Positions 35,814 through 39,627 of a DNA stretch of 39,627 nucleotides are shown here, piece after piece; the first letter of the stretch is position 1; the number at the start of each line of letters is the position of its first letter. The notes beneath the pieces are model-generated. The model was not told where the DNA came from, did no database searches, and saw nothing but the letters and a program-made list of their open reading frames with translations. Location of the stretch: positions 1 through 39,627 of the forward strand of contig JAAZDJ010000032.1 in the NCBI GenBank assembly GCA_012512255.1, given 5' to 3'. Made by a program: the position numbers and the translations under genes. Source of the stretch: Clostridiales bacterium. GTDB lineage: Bacteria; Bacillota; Clostridia; Christensenellales; DUVY01.

Positions 35814-36242
35814 ATGAAAGACGATCAAGACTTTTTGGAATTTGACGAGGACGATTTCCTTGACAAGTTATACAAACAAGACGAAAGCGGCGATAGCTTG
35901 GCCTCGGATAATGTAACACAGGCGGCGGTAATAGACGAGGACCAAGGCGGGTTTTTGCAGACAATGGCCGATCAAGTAGGCGACGCGCCCCAAAAAACGC
36001 AAGACAAGTTTTCGCAGGCTATGGCCGATAAGGCGGACGACTTACCCGAACATATAATGGATGATAAGGCGGACGATACGCCAAAACAAGCGCAAGCTGC
36101 GGCTAATACGCCCGAACAAGCGCAAGCTGCTCGCGAGGCCTTGGAACAATCAATACAAGAACCCGAACAAACAAAAAAGAAACAAAAAATATCCCAAAAA
36201 ACGACGGATTCGCCCAAAAAAATCAGGGCTTTTCAAAAATAA
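35814..36242 (+). CDS. Acidic low-complexity repeat protein with a basic tail, unknown function
   Basis: 142 aa with imperfect repeats MADQVGDAPQKTQ / MADKADDLPEHI / MDDKADDTPKQAQAA / NTPEQAQAA. The underlying DNA carries exact 14-nt and 16-nt direct repeats. GGGGA SD-like sequence lies upstream. Confidence 0.55.
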   Translation: MKDDQDFLEFDEDDFLDKLYKQDESGDSLASDNVTQAAVIDEDQGGFLQTMADQVGDAPQKTQDKFSQAMADKADDLPEHIMDDKADDTPKQAQAAANTPEQAQAAREALEQSIQEPEQTKKKQKISQKTTDSPKKIRAFQK

Positions 36243-36248
36243 ATATAT

Positions 36249-37634
36249 TTATTTTTTGTAGATTAAATTCCTCAAATCCTGACAGGCTGTCTTAATGTGG
36301 GGGTTGTTTTTAAGTTCATTCGCGATTTTGTCGCGCGCGTACATAATGGTGGTGTGGTCCCTTCCGCCAAAAATTTGGCCTATCGTGGCAAGGGGCACGG
36401 ATAATATCTCGGTGATAAGATAGATGCACATCTGGCGGGGATAGACAATTTCTTTGTTCTTCCGCTTGCCGAACAGGTCTTCCCTTGTCACCTTATAATA
36501 TCTGCAGCAGGTGTCAATAATGGCATCAATGGACAATGTCTCGTTGGCTTCGCCCGGGCTTTCTTTTAGAACCTTGGCTGCAAGCTCTACCGTTAAGGGC
36601 TCTTCAAATAGTTTGGCGTGAAAATACACCCTTGTAAGATTTTCTTCCAATACCCTGACATTGGTGTCGTTTTGTTCGGCGATAAAGGCCAGCACGTCGT
36701 TGCTTATGTTATAATTTTGAAGCAAGGCCTTTTTTTGCAAAATCGCAAGCCTGGTTTCAAAATCGGGCGGCTGGATATCGGCTATAAGCCCCCACTCAAA
36801 TCGGCTTCTTAAGCGTTCTTCCAAAGGGTTGATTTCTTTAGGCGGACGGTCGCTTGAGATAATGATTTGTTTGCCTTTGTTGTGCAAATCGTTAAAGGTG
36901 TGGAAGAACTCCTCCTGGGTGCTTGTTTTATTGGCGATAAACTGTATGTCGTCCACCATTAAGATATCTATATTGCGGTAACGGTTTCTGAAGTTAACGG
37001 TAATATTGCGGTCTTTGTTGCCCGAACGGATCGCGTCAATCAACTCGTTCATAAACCTCTCGGCCGTGACATACAAGACCTTTAGTTCGGAATGTTTGGA
37101 CGTTATGTAATTGCCTACGGCGTGCATTATATGGGTCTTGCCAAGTCCCACGCCGCCGTAAATAAAAAGCGGGTTGTAAGAGTTGCCGGTATTTTCGGTA
37201 ACAGCGCGCGCCGCCGCGTAGACAAACTGGTTGCATTTTCCCACAACAAAAGTGTCAAACGTGTATTTGGGGTTAAAGCTGCTGGATATGGGCTGTTCTA
37301 TCGCTTTTGGGGAACGGCCCAAAAACTCTTCGGGTTTATTTTTAAACTCGTCTTTTTCGCTTGAGGTTATTATAAGCGAGGAAAGATGGGGGTATATCTT
37401 GGCGATAGCCGCGTCAATCTGTGCTTGGTAATTTTTGACTATTACGGCTTTGTTGGCGTTGGTCTCGCAAACCAAGACCAGCTTTTCGTCTTGTATGGTC
37501 AAAGGCTTCATCGTTTTTATAAACACATCAAAGCTGACAGCCGATATGGTTGTCTCAAGCTCTTGCAAGACCTCAGCCCACAAGCTATCATAATCCGTTT
37601 TTTCTTCTAAGATATCAAAATCAAACTCGTTCAT
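36249..37634 (-). CDS. dnaA: Chromosomal replication initiator protein DnaA
   Basis: 461 aa. N-terminal domain (LWAEVLQEL...), AAA+ Walker A NPLFIYGGVGLGKTHIMHA, Walker B ILMVDDIQF, and domain IV ...IGQIFGGRDHTTIMYARDKI. Confidence 0.95.
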   Translation of the reverse strand: MNEFDFDILEEKTDYDSLWAEVLQELETTISAVSFDVFIKTMKPLTIQDEKLVLVCETNANKAVIVKNYQAQIDAAIAKIYPHLSSLIITSSEKDEFKNKPEEFLGRSPKAIEQPISSSFNPKYTFDTFVVGKCNQFVYAAARAVTENTGNSYNPLFIYGGVGLGKTHIMHAVGNYITSKHSELKVLYVTAERFMNELIDAIRSGNKDRNITVNFRNRYRNIDILMVDDIQFIANKTSTQEEFFHTFNDLHNKGKQIIISSDRPPKEINPLEERLRSRFEWGLIADIQPPDFETRLAILQKKALLQNYNISNDVLAFIAEQNDTNVRVLEENLTRVYFHAKLFEEPLTVELAAKVLKESPGEANETLSIDAIIDTCCRYYKVTREDLFGKRKNKEIVYPRQMCIYLITEILSVPLATIGQIFGGRDHTTIMYARDKIANELKNNPHIKTACQDLRNLIYKK

Positions 37635-37697
37635 GTTATCGTTAATATCCTCATAAATTCAAATACAACAAAAAACCAATTTTAAGGGGTAAGAGAT

Positions 37698-37726
37698 ATT
37701 ATACTATTTAAGGCGTTTATTTTCAA
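37698..37726 (-). promoter_or_regulatory. Sigma-A promoter for dnaA: TTGAAA, 17 nt, TATAAT (minus strand)
   Basis: -35 at 37726-37721 and -10 at 37703-37698. The -35 sits in the loop of a 7-bp inverted repeat, ggcgttt (37712-37718) and aaacgcc (37731-37737). Confidence 0.6.
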
Positions 37727-37773
37727 CTAAAAACGCCAGAGGGCTTTTTAAAAATTTTTATATATATTTATAT

Positions 37774-37802
37774 TTGACACGCTTTTAGGTTTATGGTAAT
37801 AT
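37774..37802 (+). promoter_or_regulatory. Sigma-A promoter for the arsR-family/ATPase operon: TTGACA, 17 nt, TAATAT
   Basis: TTGACA at 37774-37779 and TAATAT at 37797-37802. It is divergent from the dnaA promoter, with 47 bp between the two -35 boxes. Confidence 0.6.
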
Positions 37803-37805
37803 TCT

Positions 37806-37832
37806 ATATATGAATAGTTGTTCATATATTCA
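37806..37832. promoter_or_regulatory. ArsR/SmtB-type operator (imperfect inverted repeat) overlapping the transcription start
   Basis: atatatgaa (37806-37814) and ttcatatat (37821-37829) form a perfect 9-bp inverted repeat around tagttg. Nested within are tgaata (37811-37816) and tattca (37827-37832). The site lies immediately downstream of the -10. Confidence 0.6.
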
Positions 37833-37855
37833 AATGTTTTTTATGAGGTGCAATT

Positions 37856-38170
37856 ATGACAAGCGGTAATAAGATACCTTATAGCGACCGGACCATTGAA
37901 ATTATGGCGGGGTTTTTAAAGGCGATGTCCGACCCCAACAGGCTTAAGATTATGGTTTTGCTGTCCGTATTTAAAGAGCTTAACGTGATAAGCATAGCGC
38001 GGAATTTAAACATGACGCATTCGGCGGTAAGCCACCAACTCAATATGCTCAAAAGGATGAGGCTTTTGGCGTCCAAAAGGGAAGGCAAAAATGTCATTTA
38101 TTCTTTGGCTGACGACCATATTTATTCCATTATTAACGCCGCCGCCGATCACGCTTTGGAAATGCTTTAA
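37856..38170 (+). CDS. ArsR/SmtB-family metalloregulatory repressor (alpha5-site type)
   Basis: Winged HTH (LSDPNRLKIMVLL ... IARNLNMTHSAVSHQLNMLK). A C-terminal DxH-x10-H-x2-E pattern (DDHIYSIINAAADHALE) has the spacing of the SmtB/CzrA alpha5 Zn site. There is no CVC alpha3 motif (ELNVISIA instead). GAGGTG SD lies upstream. Confidence 0.85.
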   Translation: MTSGNKIPYSDRTIEIMAGFLKAMSDPNRLKIMVLLSVFKELNVISIARNLNMTHSAVSHQLNMLKRMRLLASKREGKNVIYSLADDHIYSIINAAADHALEML

Positions 38171-38186
38171 AAACAGGTAAAAATTT

Positions 38187-39627
38187 ATGAACAAAACATA
38201 CAAGATAAAAAACCTAGACTGCGCCGTCTGCGCCGACAAAATCCAAAAGGACTTAAATAAAATATTCAAAAGAGCGTCTTTAAATTTTGCCGTTCAAAAA
38301 TTATATATAGAAACCGACCAAAATTTAAACGAGTCCCAAATCCTTGATATAGTCAATAAAACCGTAAAATCTTACGAGCCGCAAGCGTCGGTTTACGACA
38401 TATCCCAAAGGCGCGAGGACGCCAAGAAAAGCGTATTTACTTTGGGTTTATTGATAAAAATATCGGGCGCCGTTGTCTTAGCGGCGGCTTTTTGGTCGGA
38501 GCTTGCCAAAGCCTTGGACGGCTATGCCCTTTTGGCTTTGTATATTACGGCTTATCTTATGATCTCTTACAGCGTATTATATAGGTTTTTAAAGAACCTG
38601 CTGCGCTTGAGAATATTTGACGAAAACTTTTTGATGAGCATCGCCACCTTGGGCGCTTTCGCGCTGGGCGAATATTTTGAGGGCGTTTCCATAATGCTGT
38701 TTTACCAAGTAGGCGAGTTTTTGCAGGACTTGGCGGTCCAAAGAAGCCGCAAAAACATAAAATCGCTTATTGACAAACAGCAGCTGTTCGTGTCCGTAAT
38801 TGACGGAAACAACAATATCAATATTGCCCATCCCGAAACGGTCAATATCGGCGACAAAATCTTGATTAAGGCGGGCGAAACGGTGGCTTTGGACGGGGTT
38901 GTGGCGAGCGGAAGCAGCATGCTTGACACATCGTCGCTGACGGGCGAAAGCTTGCTCGTGGCGGTAAAGGAAGGCGACGAGATCTTATCGGGCAGCATTA
39001 ACCTACAAAACACCATAGTCGCCAATGTGTCGCGGCTATATAAAGAAAGCACGGCGTCCAAAATTATGGATTTGGCGGAAAAAGCCGCGTCCCAAAAATC
39101 CAAAAGCGAGCAGTTCATTACAAAGTTTTCCAAGATATACACGCCCTTAGTGGCGGGCGTCGCGCTATTTATAGGCGTTATCATACCTTTGGTTTTGGGG
39201 TTTGACGCCCAAAAATGGGGCGGGTTCGGCCGCGCGGCGCTTACCTTTTTGATAGTGTCTTGCCCTTGCGCGCTTGTGCTGTCTATCCCCGTCAGTTACT
39301 TTTGCGGCATAGGCGCCGCGTCCAAAAACGGCGCGCTGTTTAAGGGCTCCAATTATTTGGAAACTTTGGCCAATATTGACACCTTTATATTTGACAAAAC
39401 GGGAACTTTGACGACCGGGGTTTTTGAGGTTGTCAAAATATTGCCCGCTAAAGATTATTCAGAAGAAGAGGTCTTGCGCTTGGCGGCCTTGGCCGAAAGT
39501 TACAGCCAGCACCCTTTGGCGCGCGCGGTTTTAAACAAACACTCAAAGCCCGTTAACATCTCGCAAATAATATCCCACAAAGACTATGCGGGCTTGGGCG
39601 TTAAGACCCAAACCAAAGATTATGCGA
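38187..39627 (+). CDS. Heavy-metal (Zn/Cd/Co-type) translocating P1B-type ATPase, 3' end outside the window
   Basis: My own translation from ATG 38187 (the ORF is open to the window end, so it is absent from the track). N-terminal HMA-like domain (YKIKNLDCAVCADKI), TGES (LTGESL), the TM6 CPC motif (VSCPCAL) and the phosphorylation site FDKTGTLT. Confidence 0.88.
   Translation, partial: MNKTYKIKNLDCAVCADKIQKDLNKIFKRASLNFAVQKLYIETDQNLNESQILDIVNKTVKSYEPQASVYDISQRREDAKKSVFTLGLLIKISGAVVLAAAFWSELAKALDGYALLALYITAYLMISYSVLYRFLKNLLRLRIFDENFLMSIATLGAFALGEYFEGVSIMLFYQVGEFLQDLAVQRSRKNIKSLIDKQQLFVSVIDGNNNINIAHPETVNIGDKILIKAGETVALDGVVASGSSMLDTSSLTGESLLVAVKEGDEILSGSINLQNTIVANVSRLYKESTASKIMDLAEKAASQKSKSEQFITKFSKIYTPLVAGVALFIGVIIPLVLGFDAQKWGGFGRAALTFLIVSCPCALVLSIPVSYFCGIGAASKNGALFKGSNYLETLANIDTFIFDKTGTLTTGVFEVVKILPAKDYSEEEVLRLAALAESYSQHPLARAVLNKHSKPVNISQIISHKDYAGLGVKTQTKDYA

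Noticed and set aside
35972-36217. Cys/Ala/Ser-rich 81-aa minus-strand ORF (…CSGSCIDCSKASRAACACSGVLAAACAC…) that superficially resembles a lanthipeptide-like precursor.
   Set aside because: It is the antisense reading of the GCn/CAA-rich repeat region of the acidic protein gene. No SD or promoter is visible and there are no modification-enzyme genes nearby. It is a compositional artefact.
37635-37661. 7-codon upstream ORF (ATG AGG ATA TTA ACG ATA ACA TGA) whose stop overlaps the dnaA ATG (ATGA).
   Set aside because: No SD precedes it and it could easily arise by chance in AT-rich sequence. It is mentioned only because the dnaA SD spacing (GAGGA, 13 nt) is poor.
37635-37855. Expected oriC / DnaA-box cluster and DNA unwinding element upstream of dnaA.
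   Set aside because: No TTATCCACA/TGTGGATAA, or one-mismatch variant, was seen by eye. The region is fully accounted for by two divergent promoters and an ArsR-type operator. The single one-mismatch box I noticed (TGTGGATAT, about 15705) is isolated inside ychF.

Overview
By eye, this is a core chromosomal segment of a low-GC, endospore-forming Firmicute, probably Clostridia-like. The sporulation markers are yabP, yabQ, bofA, a LysM SpoVID-like protein and veg. About 38 protein genes are packed with short intergenic gaps. Main genes in order: rsmA (5' partial), M14 peptidase, tadA, glmU (interrupted), prs, pth, mfd, PrsA-like lipoprotein, hisC, corA, LysM protein (-), veg, uppP (-), ychF, tilS, hpt, DUF1934 protein, MBL hydrolase and rho. 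A minus-strand block follows: zinc-ribbon protein, small membrane protein, ppx-like, divIC, yabQ, yabP and a ComEC-type MBL protein. Then come patatin, an MFS transporter, gyrB, gyrA, a yjzC-like gene (-), argS, a GNAT, bofA, an acidic repeat protein, dnaA (-), an ArsR/SmtB repressor and a P1B-type metal ATPase (3' partial). I saw no rRNA, tRNA, CRISPR array, transposase, integrase or phage genes. I found no convincing novel multi-gene system such as a defence island or biosynthetic cluster; the window looks like ordinary housekeeping DNA. The points worth a second look are mostly regulatory or architectural:
1. A leader-peptide plus terminator/antiterminator switch lies in front of corA.
2. 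A 14-bp hairpin sequesters the Shine-Dalgarno (SD) sequence in the long 5' UTR of a small zinc-ribbon gene.
3. glmU is broken by an in-frame TAA, has a degenerate uridyltransferase domain, and shows leaderless-mRNA geometry.
4. dnaA is separated from dnaN, recF and gyrB, opposes the dominant gene orientation, and has no DnaA-box cluster visible by eye.
5. An SmtB-type operator and metal-efflux module sits back-to-back with the dnaA promoter.
All coordinates and structures were derived by hand from the sequence and should be verified computationally.
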